A stretch of 64,000 nucleotides of DNA from Oopsacas minuta. Its lineage: Eukaryota; Animalia; Porifera. Made by a program: the position numbers and the translations under genes. Below are positions 1-10,511 of this stretch, one piece after another (position 1 is the stretch's first letter; each line of letters starts with the position of its first letter). The DNA lies in contig JAKMXF010000011.1 of assembly GCA_024704765.1 (NCBI GenBank), forward strand, positions 947,973 to 1,011,972, in the 5' to 3' direction. The notes beneath the pieces were generated by a model. It searched no databases. It had not been told where the DNA came from and was given only the letters and a program-made list of their open reading frames with translations.

Positions 1-1611
1 AGAGGTTTAACACCCTTATCCTGGGCTGCTGCTAGAGATAATCTAGACGCGGTTAATAAGCTGAAAAACGCGGAATCTAACAGCTTTGTGAGTCGAGATA
101 CATACATCACAGATTCACAAGGTAGATCCTTTATACACTGGGCAGCTATCTCTCCTCACGGTACCGTATGTCTTGAATCTCTGATACAATCAGATATCTC
201 ATCACTCCAGGATACACTAGGATGGACTCCGTTACACTACACTGCTCTAACTGGTTCACAGAAATCCTGTGAAGTTATTCTAAATGTTCTACCACGAGAT
301 AAGATAGATACACCCACTAAACGTGGCTTTTCTGCTCTACATATCGCATGTTACCATGGTAACGGTGATGTACTTGATTCTCTGTTATCTAACGGGAGTG
401 ACTATCTCTCCCCTACTCCCGAGGGCTCTTCCCCTTTAGAAGCTGTAGCTAAACTAAAGCTACACTATTCTCAGTTAGTACTAGAAACACACATCAGTCA
501 GTTGAGACGTAGTGCTACTCCAAATAACAGGGAGAAGCCTGTATGTAACACTATAACTAGTATACCTAATTATTTGCAGAGATCTCTTACTCCTACTCCT
601 CCACGCTCTCCCAAGCCTCCTTTATCTCCAAAGAAGCCTAGTACTCCATTACGTCATCATCTTAAAGCTAATACGATAGACTCCAAATCCTTAACCCGAT
701 CACTTCCTGTAGAGAGTACTCCTTTACCTGAACCAACTAATGTCTTATCAGGTCTAGAGTCTAGTGTATCTTCTCAGAAGCTGTCAGGTAGGTCTCGGCC
801 TGTTAGTGCTAAGGGTCGCATCCGTCCTGTCCAGTCTAGCAAGCGTCCTTCCTCTAATACGCCCCCTAACGGTACTATACCCCCAGAATCAAGCAGTCGT
901 CGCTCTTCCACCGCTACCCCTCCATCTCCACTACAGAAAGACGTCAATGGAATGCGTCGTACTCTCTCATACGATCTTAATCTAGACATGTCAGACCAAT
1001 TCTCTGCCATGACTCTCCCTCCTCGTCCTACAGCACCTACACCCCCTGTAGATTCAGATCCTGACTCAGTAGTAATCAGTGAGGCATCTAGTTCACCCCC
1101 TCTAGCTCCACAAGATATAGAGAGTGCTACATCTATGTTAGGACTACCTGCACAGAAGAGACCGAGTATACAGTCTATTTCTGATGTTTGGAATATGAAT
1201 GATTCAGGATTCATCAGCCCCATCACTTCAATACCGAAATCCCCCTCCGCTATAAACATGCGAAAACATCGTCCGTCATTAACTTCCCCTCATACTATGC
1301 AATATGAGTCATACAACAGATCACCTCAATCTCTTGTTGTTAACACACAGAGTTCATCTCCATACACACAAGCAATGACTCTACCAAATGCTCCACACGC
1401 TAAACGCTCTATCACCAAGAATCCTTACGATAGCATAGCTAATCCAACTCAATTCCCTTCCTCCCAGCCGTTGTTAGCAGCACGTAACAGTAATATACCC
1501 CGGTATAACAGGGCCTGGAAACCAACTAAGGAATCTCTCCCCTCTCAAAGATCTGCAATTCGAATTAACCGTACAGACGTTAGGATGTCTACTTCGCACT
1601 ATAACCATTAG
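1..1611 (+). CDS. Ankyrin-repeat protein with long Ser/Pro-rich disordered C-terminus (inversin-like layout); 5' partial
   Basis: Frame is open from base 1 (RGLTPLSWAAARDNLDAV...). Ankyrin consensus segments GRSFIHWAA, GWTPLHYTA, GFSALHIACYHGN, GSSPLEAV. Stop at 1609-1611. Confidence 0.8.
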   Translation, partial: RGLTPLSWAAARDNLDAVNKLKNAESNSFVSRDTYITDSQGRSFIHWAAISPHGTVCLESLIQSDISSLQDTLGWTPLHYTALTGSQKSCEVILNVLPRDKIDTPTKRGFSALHIACYHGNGDVLDSLLSNGSDYLSPTPEGSSPLEAVAKLKLHYSQLVLETHISQLRRSATPNNREKPVCNTITSIPNYLQRSLTPTPPRSPKPPLSPKKPSTPLRHHLKANTIDSKSLTRSLPVESTPLPEPTNVLSGLESSVSSQKLSGRSRPVSAKGRIRPVQSSKRPSSNTPPNGTIPPESSSRRSSTATPPSPLQKDVNGMRRTLSYDLNLDMSDQFSAMTLPPRPTAPTPPVDSDPDSVVISEASSSPPLAPQDIESATSMLGLPAQKRPSIQSISDVWNMNDSGFISPITSIPKSPSAINMRKHRPSLTSPHTMQYESYNRSPQSLVVNTQSSSPYTQAMTLPNAPHAKRSITKNPYDSIANPTQFPSSQPLLAARNSNIPRYNRAWKPTKESLPSQRSAIRINRTDVRMSTSHYNH

Positions 1612-1865
1612 TATCCCCACCAACAAGGAATGTTACGGTATTTTTCTATATAATTATTCGCCTCCTCTCCCATGTGTTATTCAAGTAACTATCCCACCTC
1701 TGAAATATTACCTCATGTTACTTTGCATCTGTAATTGCCAGATATTATTCATTAATTACATTTGTGTTTCTGACTTGTATAACTCATAATTGACCTAAGG
1801 CCATCTCTTATAACCACTGATATATTTACTGTTTTTAAATATTGTAATATATTTTAGTTACTCTT

Positions 1866-3269
1866 ATGGAGTTCCACCCTGTGATCCTGTGTGGAGGACA
1901 GGGTACCAAACTGTACCCATTAGCAGAACAGATGCCAAAAGCTCTCCTTGCTATCGCTAATAAACCAGTAATTTGGTATGTAATAGAGTTCTTACACAAA
2001 TACGGATTTGAAGAAGCTATTATTGTATCACAACCTACTTTCTTTGACAAGATAAAATCGTCTGTAGACACATTTATATCTGTTTATAATATTCCGATCA
2101 AACTTGAGTGTTTAAGACTTCCTTGTGATAAACTTACAGAAATGGGAACAGCTGATGCATTACGGTATATACAGCCGCATATTAAGAGTGATCTATTAAT
2201 TCTACCCTGTGATATTCTAATCGATATTCCCCTGCAACAATTCGCGAATATTCATCGTTGTTATAACTCTGCCCTTACAATACTACTAACTCCACAAATA
2301 CAAAATACGCCAGCTGATCAATCAGCTGGTGCTATGAAAACCTATAAAGCAGGTCGTGACGTAATTGCTTTAGCTGAGAAGTCTGATCGTATCTTGTTGC
2401 TACAGAATGAGAGTGATATTGATGAGAAATTATCCCTGACTAGATCTATGTTACTGAAGTATCCTTGCTTGGAGCTGAGAACAGATTTGAGAGATACACA
2501 CGTTTATCTAATGAGTAAAAGTGTATTAGATGTGCTTAATGATTCTAAAGGCAAGAAAATATCTTCTATAAAAGAAGAGTTGATTCCTTTAATCTTGCAG
2601 AAACAGCTGACTGATTATAAACTTGTGTCTACTAATCCATTAGCTACTGATTCAGCATCTGCATATAATCCTCTTAATGACCTGGAGCTACTAGCTTACC
2701 AGCTGTCAGAAACTAATAGATCAGGACGATTGGATAGAATAATGGTTAATGGAGCTATTCAGGAGATATATTATACGTATGCTTGTTATCAAATGATACT
2801 TAATAGTCCTCAGATTGCTCTACGTATTTCTACTGTACAGGACTTTATAGAGGGAAATAAGTTAATGCAGAAAGAGGCTAATAGAATGAACTTATGGCCT
2901 ATTGAAAGGGACCATGGATTGGTTCATGAGTCTGTTGAAATTACAGGGGCTGTTGAGAGGGTTGTAGGAAAGGAAACATACATTGGAGAATGTTCTAGAA
3001 TAGATGAAGGTTGTTCTCTTAAGAAGTCCATTATAGGTGTACATGTTATCCTTGGAAAAAATGTTAAAGTATCTAACTCAATTATACTAGAGAGAGTTGT
3101 CATAGAAGACAATTGTCAGATAATTAACTCTATTGTATGTAGTAGTGCTAGGATAGAGCATGGAACTGTATTGAAGGATTGTATTGTAGCAAAATCAGCT
3201 GTTATCGCTAGAGAATCAGATTTTAAAGGGGAAACACTGCTTAGAGATGAGATGGTATTTCAATTTTAG
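1866..3269 (+). CDS. EIF2B3: Translation initiation factor eIF2B gamma subunit
   Basis: N-terminal pyrophosphorylase-like domain (VILCGGQGTKLYPL...PKALLAIANKPVIWY; MGTADALR) and C-terminal left-handed beta-helix hexapeptide repeats. No HEAT/W2 domain, so gamma rather than epsilon. Confidence 0.9.
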   Translation: MEFHPVILCGGQGTKLYPLAEQMPKALLAIANKPVIWYVIEFLHKYGFEEAIIVSQPTFFDKIKSSVDTFISVYNIPIKLECLRLPCDKLTEMGTADALRYIQPHIKSDLLILPCDILIDIPLQQFANIHRCYNSALTILLTPQIQNTPADQSAGAMKTYKAGRDVIALAEKSDRILLLQNESDIDEKLSLTRSMLLKYPCLELRTDLRDTHVYLMSKSVLDVLNDSKGKKISSIKEELIPLILQKQLTDYKLVSTNPLATDSASAYNPLNDLELLAYQLSETNRSGRLDRIMVNGAIQEIYYTYACYQMILNSPQIALRISTVQDFIEGNKLMQKEANRMNLWPIERDHGLVHESVEITGAVERVVGKETYIGECSRIDEGCSLKKSIIGVHVILGKNVKVSNSIILERVVIEDNCQIINSIVCSSARIEHGTVLKDCIVAKSAVIARESDFKGETLLRDEMVFQF

Positions 3270-3431
3270 AGTTATCTGGCGTCATGAGGTAGGTTTGAAG
3301 TTCATATTTGTATTTACATTGAAATTACTTAGTTTATCAATTTGAATGCAGTTATATATTTGTTTATTATTTATATATTTGTCTTATATATTTGACATTT
3401 AATTGCTTGTTTTGATCGTTAGCATTGCCTC

Positions 3432-3935
3432 ATGGCTAGTAAACATCGGAATAGTCCATCGCTTGAAATGCAGCTGAAAAACGGACAAGTTAAAATGTTT
3501 AAGAAAGGTATTCTCCATTCCTCTTGGAAAAATAGACATCTTAAACTAAATAGGAATTATTTGCTAGTATTCGAGACACAACACACTTACCAACCTCTGG
3601 AGAGTATCATCAGAGACGAAATAAGATCAGTGAGGAAGCTAGCTGATGTAGATAACGGATTTGAAATTAAAGTTAAAGAATTCGAGTGTTACACCTTTCA
3701 ATGTATAAATCCAGATGATCTGGAGGAATGGGTAGCAGCTCTTGAGAACAGAGTTCCTATATCATCTGCTAGGTTAGACTCACAAGCTCAAGTTGCTCAA
3801 GCTGTCAGGCAAGCTGGTAAGTCAGATTTTCCCGCCCAATTTGAAGCACAACCAGCTGTGTTATACCCAGGGCTACCAGCTAGTGAAAAGCCAAATGATC
3901 AGACACAACCTCCTCCCTACAATACAATGTACTAG
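3432..3935 (+). CDS. Small PH-domain protein with C-terminal PPxY motif
   Basis: PH signature: KNGQVKMFKKGILHSSWKNRHLKL at the start and LEEWVAAL C-terminal helix. Ends QPPPYNTMY. Confidence 0.75.
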   Translation: MASKHRNSPSLEMQLKNGQVKMFKKGILHSSWKNRHLKLNRNYLLVFETQHTYQPLESIIRDEIRSVRKLADVDNGFEIKVKEFECYTFQCINPDDLEEWVAALENRVPISSARLDSQAQVAQAVRQAGKSDFPAQFEAQPAVLYPGLPASEKPNDQTQPPPYNTMY

Positions 3936-4139
3936 TATTAGAGATATAATCAATTGTTGTTTTGAATTGTTTGCTTCTGTAACTTTATGAGAAATATATT
4001 TTAATCAGATCTATGACATTGTCTACGTGCCTGCTCTATCATCCATGGTTTATCTCTGTAACAAACACCCAAATACATTTGTTAGTTCAACTTTATACCA
4101 ATACAGCATATACATGCACAATATACAAACTTAAAATAT

Positions 4140-7100
4140 TCACTTATTGTTTGATACTCCAGTAAGCATAGTCTTTCGATTATAATCTTTATACTTGTTT
4201 CTGCATACACTACACGTCAGTATATTTATCCACACTTCCCTGGCCTCTCTAACCCATACGATAGATAATGCTACTATTCCCCAACAGCAGAAGGTAGCCT
4301 CATTTAGTAAGGTCAGGAATGGAGCGTAGTAAGCTTCATAGGACGGGAAACAGCAATTAGGATTCTCATAGAAAGCTGTTATACACCAGTTATATGCAGC
4401 CTGGTATGCTTCAGTTATCTTGTAGTTAATAGAGCTGTATGTGAATTGTACTAGTATTATGAATATTAGTACTGATAGAGCTATAGAGTATATTGTCATT
4501 TGTTTGAGGAGAGATTGATACACATTTGTAGTAGATGTACTGTTAGCCATCTTCTTCTGTCTCTTGTATAGTGTCAGGCCGAGTAATATAAGCCCTGTCC
4601 CAGTGGTGAGTGAGTATACAACTCCAGGTATGTAGAATGTGAAAGCTAGACCATATTCATTCGGGAAACAGAGTATAGGGAAGGATAAGTGCGTATATCT
4701 TCTGGTAGCGGCTAATACTATTGCTATTATTAGCGCAGGTAGACCCCAGCATATTATAGACTGTAATATGTGTATCTTGACACTGTTAGCGAAGAACTTT
4801 ACTGATTTCATTGGGTATAGCAATACGAATATTATATTGAAGATATCACACATGTACCAACCCAGAAATGACAATATAAAGTAATGGTAGATTGGACCTA
4901 GAAAATTGAATGTGTTAAATTCCGGTGAATATTGGATTTTATGTTATCACTAACCTTGTATTTGACATTGTATAGTAGGATTATCTTGAGAAGTTAGGAG
5001 ATTATCATTCGAACAGAAAAATTTTCTGCGATCTACAGAGCCTATAAATATCATCAAATCTATAGGAATTCAATAATTTTATTATTTATTTTAAAAATTA
5101 GCAATCCGGTAATGGCAGCAGCCATGCACTTAGAAGGTTTACGTCGCCAGTACGCGGTAGATCGGCAAAGATGGAAATTTCTTAACGAAGAAACGAAATT
5201 CTCCAAATACGATGCTACTAAAATCGCTGAGCCACCGAAAGCTCCTCGCCGTGTCAAGACCTTCTCAGCTAACCTAAACCGGAATGTACAGGAAGTCTGG
5301 TGGCCGTTCCGTACAGAAAGACCTTACACCGGTTGTTTGAAGAAACGCCTCTCAGAAGTTGACTATTTTACTCAATGGTAACTATTCTGTATTGACAATT
5401 CGTTGTCTATCTATTTTCCTTGTATTCTATAACACCTCTATGATCTCCTTATTCTATAAATAGCCACAAATATCCTTATATTTCACGTTATTATTTCTTA
5501 ATTAGATTTTATATAATTATGAATGCTAAAACGAGAAGAAATGTTATCTTATTCAATCTCTCCACATTTGGTGTTGGTATCTGTAATGCTGTATTCAACA
5601 TATACTACGTTAAATTCTATATGGACCAGTACAAGGTTAATGCTACATACTTCTATTGGGCTCAGATTATATTCATGATATGGAATGCCCTAAATGATCC
5701 TCTACTTGCTTACCTACAAGATGTATCTAAAATTAAACTATTCCGCAGTAGAAAACTGTCTTTGTACCATGGATCATTTTGGTTGGTGGTCACGTTCTTG
5801 TTGCCATGGTACGAATGGTATGTGTTTTTACCCTTTAGTGATGAGTTGAATATTGGCATTCATTTGTGTTTCACTCTCTGCGCTTATGACACTATGTTCA
5901 CGTATATAGGATTAGCTCAATCTGCGGCATTCGCGGAATTATCACAAGTACAAGAAGTGAGTTTATTTCTTTTTTTATAACTATGGATATTACATGTTTA
6001 TTCTCTGAAGGTACGTAGAACAACAACTCTATCTCATGAGCTAACATCTCTTATTACTGCTACTTTTCTAATCGGTGTACAATACACTACAAGTCATGGG
6101 CAATCTATTCGCGGTATGCAATACACAGCTATAGCTATAGCTATAATAGGATTTATTTGTCAGCGTTATGCTAGTAATTATCTGGAACTAGATAGTGATA
6201 TGAGTCTTGAAGGAGAGAGACAGCTAGAGAGTGAGGATTGGAAAATTATTAGTATTCAAGTACTAAAGAATAAGAATTTTCTAGCATTCGTTTTCATGAA
6301 TTTTGGGCAGATTTTCCATAAGACTTTTAGCTCTAGTTTTTTCAATATATTCTCTCGTGACGTCATACCAGAAACAGCTCTTAAAAGCCACTTCATCTTG
6401 TTCTCTTCAGGAATAATGTTCTTTCTACCTCAACTAATCGTGCTGGGAGTATTCGCACCTGCTCTACCCAAAGTTGGGGCTTTCCGTATTGTTATGACGT
6501 CTCATATAATTACTATGTTTTCCCCTATTATAATATATATCCTAGGTATGCAGCATCCTTATCTTATCATCCTATACATGACTATAGATTCAGGCCTCGC
6601 TTCTGCTACGTTTTCACTATTCAATATGTTGGTAGCTGACGTCATAGACTCTGATACTGCTATGTATAACAGGAAAAAGCCAATTTCTTCCATTATATTC
6701 GGTTTGAATGCTCTGTTCACGAAACCTGCTCATTCTCTATGTCCCATGCTTGTGGTGAATATTTTAACAAGATATGGTTACCAGGAAACGGACGAAACTA
6801 AATCTTTATCTGTACAAAACGCGGAATTTCACATGCTTTGTTTGTTACCAGTTTGTATTGGGCTCTATCAGATATTGATTTGGAGTAATTATTCTCTTCG
6901 CTCTACTCACGAGAAAACTGAAGCTGACAAGACAACCATTATTTAGCTTATCCATGGTCCAGTCTTAATATCGCAATTTTCGTATTAGTAATGCTTTTGA
7001 TTATAAATACTTACCTTCCATAATCACACACACGATCAGGTATAAGGATATAATGTGAGGGAACTTCCATCTGAATATAAATTGGTAAATTGTACAGACA

Positions 7101-7436
7101 TTTTGAGCTAAATTTAATAATAATTAACAACTTACAAACTCTTACGAAATAACCATGTAGATGCCCCTATACTAGCTGCTATTAGAGTTATAAATGAGAG
7201 TATAGGAACTATTATTATGAGTATGTTGTAGTACGTCTGTCCTCCTGGGAACCACACGAGACACTCCGGTACACACTGAGTACCATTACTCACGAATGTA
7301 GACACACAAGTGAAATTTGTTGTGTTGAAACCACCTAGTAACAGTGATAGAGAAAGAATCCATCTAAATAATCTTTAAGTTAGGATTAGTATTTGTAAGC
7401 AGATTTCAATTGTATTTTAAACAATAATGATGCCAT
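4140..7436 (-). CDS. Frizzled/Smoothened-like (class F) 7TM receptor without CRD; 5 coding exons 7436-7423, 7363-7146, 7107-7015, 5059-4955, 4897-4140 (395 aa)
   Basis: GT-AG introns with matching phases give one open 1188-nt CDS: signal peptide MASLLWILSLSLLLGG, linker CVSTFVSNGTQCVPEC, TM1, RWKFPHIISLYLIVC (cf. Fz/Smo RF.YP...), DRRKFFCS...CQIQGPIYHYF (cf. Smo RREIVC...SC..YY), CWGLP in TM4, Cys-containing ECL3, GIVALSIVWVREAREVW (KTxxxW position). First exon is least certain (GTTTAA donor, CTAAC branch point). Confidence 0.75.
5112..5381 (+). CDS. Small 89-aa protein, weakly reminiscent of ciliary microtubule inner proteins of the C2orf50/CIMIP5 type; lies inside intron of the class F receptor
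   Basis: ATG-initiated ORF with coding-like GC content. The motif RQRWKFL...EPPKAPRRVKTFS resembles the W.FL...EP.K.P..V..FS pattern recalled for C2orf50. Identity unverified. Confidence 0.5.
   Translation: MAAAMHLEGLRRQYAVDRQRWKFLNEETKFSKYDATKIAEPPKAPRRVKTFSANLNRNVQEVWWPFRTERPYTGCLKKRLSEVDYFTQW
5519..6946 (+). CDS. MFSD13A: MFS transporter TMEM180/MFSD13A-like; exons 5519-5956 and 6011-6946
   Basis: Motifs YYVKFY, AQIIFMIWNALNDPLLAYLQD, FLLPW, DVIDSD, IFGLNALFTKPAHSLCPM. Phase-0 intron GTGAGT...GAAG at 5957-6010. Confidence 0.85.
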
Positions 7437-7535
7437 TTATTCTAGCACTCTTTCAATAGTCCTTTCTTAGATAAATTGGCTTGCTTTCTTATTGCATTAT
7501 ATTATCGTGTTTATTGAATGAAGGCATTTCGATAA

Positions 7536-7685
7536 CAGTCAACTCTCGTAATATCGAACTCAGATATCCGCTTATATGGAAGTCTGAAATAGTACACATA
7601 TGGTCCAAAAGTAATATAATTTTCATCAGTTTTATGGAAGTTATTGTCACTGTCCATTGAGCTTCGATATAACTGTGGTTAACTG
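7536..7685. mobile_element. MITE-like relic, Tc1/mariner-pogo type (about 150 bp)
   Basis: Imperfect terminal inverted repeats: left CAGTCAACTCTCGTAATATCGAA vs reverse complement of right end CAGTTAACCACAGTTATATCGAA (17/23). TA flank on the right, AA on the left. Confidence 0.55.
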
Positions 7686-7839
7686 TACATACGTTTAATC
7701 ATAAACTTACCTGTTGCTACTCTCCGTAATTCATCTATTGCAGTTTGTATTGTAATATTTCTTGTACAGCTCTCTGGCCTCAATATATTTGATACTGTTT
7801 CTTCACTCTAAAATACAATTATTAGCTTAAAAAGTTGAA

Positions 7840-8376
7840 ATGTTTGCACTCGCTCGAATGAAGAAAGAAGAAGCTACAGGTGTTAAAAGCGCACGAGTAG
7901 GGGACACAATCGTAATGACACTCTTAACGAAAGAAATTGCTGCTCTTGAGCAAGCACTACCCAAGACTTGCAAACTTAATTTTGTTAACAGAGACGACCT
8001 AAGACATTTCCATATCAACGTGGTACCCAAGGATGGAATGTGGAATAAAGGGAAATTCGTATTTGAAGTTGAGATACCTGTGGATTACAACATGAGTCCT
8101 CCGAAAGTGAAATGTCATACTAAAATATGGCATCCTAACATAACGGAGCAAGGAGATGTGTGTTTGAGTTTGCTCAGACAAGCTAGCTTAGACGGAACTG
8201 GATGGTCACCGGTTAGAACTCTCACGGACGTTGTTATCGGTATTGACGCACTTTTCGCAGATCTCTGCAATTTTGAGGATCCATTAAACGAAGATGCAGC
8301 TAAACAGTTCAATAACGATAAAGCAGGTTTTCAGCGTAAAGTGAACCAGTACATACAAAGATACGCTAGCTATTAA
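7840..8376 (+). CDS. UBE2F: NEDD8-conjugating enzyme UBE2F
   Basis: UBC fold with PPKVKCHTKIWHPNITEQGDVCLSLLRQASLDGTGWSPVRTL and NFEDPLN, the UBE2F-specific SLDGTGW insertion, and an N-terminal extension. Confidence 0.95.
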   Translation: MFALARMKKEEATGVKSARVGDTIVMTLLTKEIAALEQALPKTCKLNFVNRDDLRHFHINVVPKDGMWNKGKFVFEVEIPVDYNMSPPKVKCHTKIWHPNITEQGDVCLSLLRQASLDGTGWSPVRTLTDVVIGIDALFADLCNFEDPLNEDAAKQFNNDKAGFQRKVNQYIQRYASY

Positions 8377-8523
8377 GAGCTGTACTGTCTGTGTTTTGTT
8401 TGTATTAACTTATTGATTGACTTGCTAACTTTTGTTTTATATTGCATTTAAGTCACTGATTCATGCTTTGTTTGTGTTAGGCTAATTATCAGTAATAATA
8501 GTCTGCAATAATTATTGTTTGAG

Positions 8524-8916
8524 TTATTCATACAAATAAGGTAAGGTACTTACCAGTGGGTCGAGTCTGTCTAGGAAATAGTCAGCAAATGCCCAAATAA
8601 GCCATACAGAAGGTACTATGAAGACTAACCATAGAGATATAATCATTAGTGAGGATACTAGACTAGCTATTATGTTCTTCTGCTTCTTAGGGACTGTATT
8701 TTCATATCTTTGGTATACTGACTTTACTCTTTGTCGATCGAGCGGTTCATCAGATCTGTTTATTGATTCTACTTCTATAGTTGATCCATTTGTTGTAGCC
8801 CAGTTATCATATTGATAAGATACTTTATTATTGGTAACTTCTTGACTATCTCCATGTTCTTTCTCTGGATCTGTATTTGGATTAATTTCTGTCATTTCTA
8901 TCCAATATCTCCACAA
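8524..8916 (-). CDS. Hypothetical single-pass (type II-like) membrane protein; 3' end probably spliced at donor 8553
   Basis: 130-aa ORF with a hydrophilic N-terminus and one long hydrophobic segment (IIASLVSSLMIISLWLVFIVPSVWLIWAFA). Strong CTG|GTAAGT donor at 8553. Confidence 0.55.
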   Translation of the reverse strand: MWRYWIEMTEINPNTDPEKEHGDSQEVTNNKVSYQYDNWATTNGSTIEVESINRSDEPLDRQRVKSVYQRYENTVPKKQKNIIASLVSSLMIISLWLVFIVPSVWLIWAFADYFLDRLDPLVSTLPYLYE

Positions 8917-9234
8917 ACCTATTTATTACCAAATCATATAGTCTCTCAATGGCATTTAATTATCGTATTATATTTCTGTGTAAGTACAGATAAGCTATAG
9001 CATCGTATAACTGGCCTATAGAAGCAATGTGAGCAGCTATTTCCTGTATTAATAATCCTTTCGTTCGACAGCACTCCTAACTTGTGGTCAATGACCCCCC
9101 TTAGTGATCCACATGCGATAGCAGGGCATCCACAGGATATAAAATTTGGGAGCTACTGGTTAAAAGGGGTTTGGAAACGATACGATATAATACTATCGAT
9201 TTATTCATAAGCTATTTATCTATCTATCTATCTG

Positions 9235-10347
9235 ATGTATACACACGTCTGGAGCTTACTCACACTATTCAGCTACATGCTATACACCATGGATCCTGTA
9301 ACCAGCTCTCTTGTACAAATCCCCACTCATAGCTGCTTTCAGGAAGACCTTACATTTGTGTGTAGTACCAATAAGCCTGACAATACCGAGTACTTAGTTA
9401 ATCTGGTAATATCAGTTCTTCACTATCCTCCTATAGATACATCTCGTATAATACATTCAAACGCGTACACTGACTCATCAGCTGTTTATCAGAACTTAAC
9501 AATACAATCCGTATCACTATCAGAGGCTCCAGCTAGTGTAGTATGTATATCTATTGAATGGTCTAACATGACTAATACAGTTATATCAACAAGTATAGAA
9601 TCTAATGCTTCTATACTGGTAGCTCCTTATCCTGCTGATGTCACTATTCTATCCCTTAAAGTTGTGACTGAGAGTGGATTCAAACTTGCTATACAGCATA
9701 ATGGTGTAGTTCATAGAGAGGATTTACTCTCTTACGTCATTGGTATATCTGATCCCATGTCTAAGTTAAATTATTCAGTTTCTTATAACGATCTTCCTGA
9801 TGAGATATTCTCTGTTAATAACCTGTTTGACACTTGTTATAATATAGAGATTAACACTACTAATTGTATAGGTGCTACCATATACTATTCCACCAGTTTA
9901 TATCTCCCTAAATTGAGGAATGAAACTTTGACTCGTTTGTCACTAACTGAGTTTTGCTGGTACAATGAAGATGCTAGTACTATTTGCCCTGGACCTTATG
10001 ACGTAGATTTTACACAGCAAAATATGTTCACTTTCTCTCTAATAAGGAATAACAATATTGTAGCAAACATTACAGGATTCAGTACAATGTTACCGACAGA
10101 ATTCTGCTTCTTTGTACCAGAAGAATATCTCGTATTTAATCCTATATATCTCAGAATACATATAGAAGGAGTACGGTTAACTATTGATGATATAGCTATA
10201 CCTGTTGATGACGTAATACCTACATTAGCTGCTAACACAATTGTTATTATCTCAGCTAGTGTAGCTTCTGCAATTGTTATCATTTTGCTGGTGTTACTCC
10301 TGGTTGTTGTTGTGTGTGTTTTCTCTGTGATAAAGACAAGAAGATAG
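9235..10347 (+). CDS. Single-pass cell-surface protein with beta-sandwich (FN3/Ig-like) ectodomain and almost no cytoplasmic tail
   Basis: N-terminal hydrophobic leader, many N-glycosylation sequons, FN3-like pattern (...YNIEINTTNCIG), TM IVIISASVASAIVIILLVLLLVVVVCVFSVI followed by KTRR-stop. Confidence 0.65.
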   Translation: MYTHVWSLLTLFSYMLYTMDPVTSSLVQIPTHSCFQEDLTFVCSTNKPDNTEYLVNLVISVLHYPPIDTSRIIHSNAYTDSSAVYQNLTIQSVSLSEAPASVVCISIEWSNMTNTVISTSIESNASILVAPYPADVTILSLKVVTESGFKLAIQHNGVVHREDLLSYVIGISDPMSKLNYSVSYNDLPDEIFSVNNLFDTCYNIEINTTNCIGATIYYSTSLYLPKLRNETLTRLSLTEFCWYNEDASTICPGPYDVDFTQQNMFTFSLIRNNNIVANITGFSTMLPTEFCFFVPEEYLVFNPIYLRIHIEGVRLTIDDIAIPVDDVIPTLAANTIVIISASVASAIVIILLVLLLVVVVCVFSVIKTRR

Positions 10348-10511
10348 TAGATCTCATCAACTATACTACGGCTACTCGATTACTTTTATTTTTGTTTTTT
10401 CCCTTGAGTTTTGACTTTTTACTTATTAGTTAGGCTAACAATACATATTTCTATATTTTCATATGTATTATCTATTCTTAATGTTTGTATTTTGTTTGTA
10501 GGATAAATTAT

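Noticed and set aside
7711-8553. UBE2F nested in an intron of the minus-strand membrane-protein gene (donor 8553 to acceptor 7808, phase 0, giving DPL-SEETV...)
   Set aside because: A nearer acceptor at about 8503 gives an ordinary 50-bp intron, the 7807-7711 segment is equally explained as a 5' UTR exon of the class F receptor, and the following exon would fall in a MITE. Unresolvable without RNA data.
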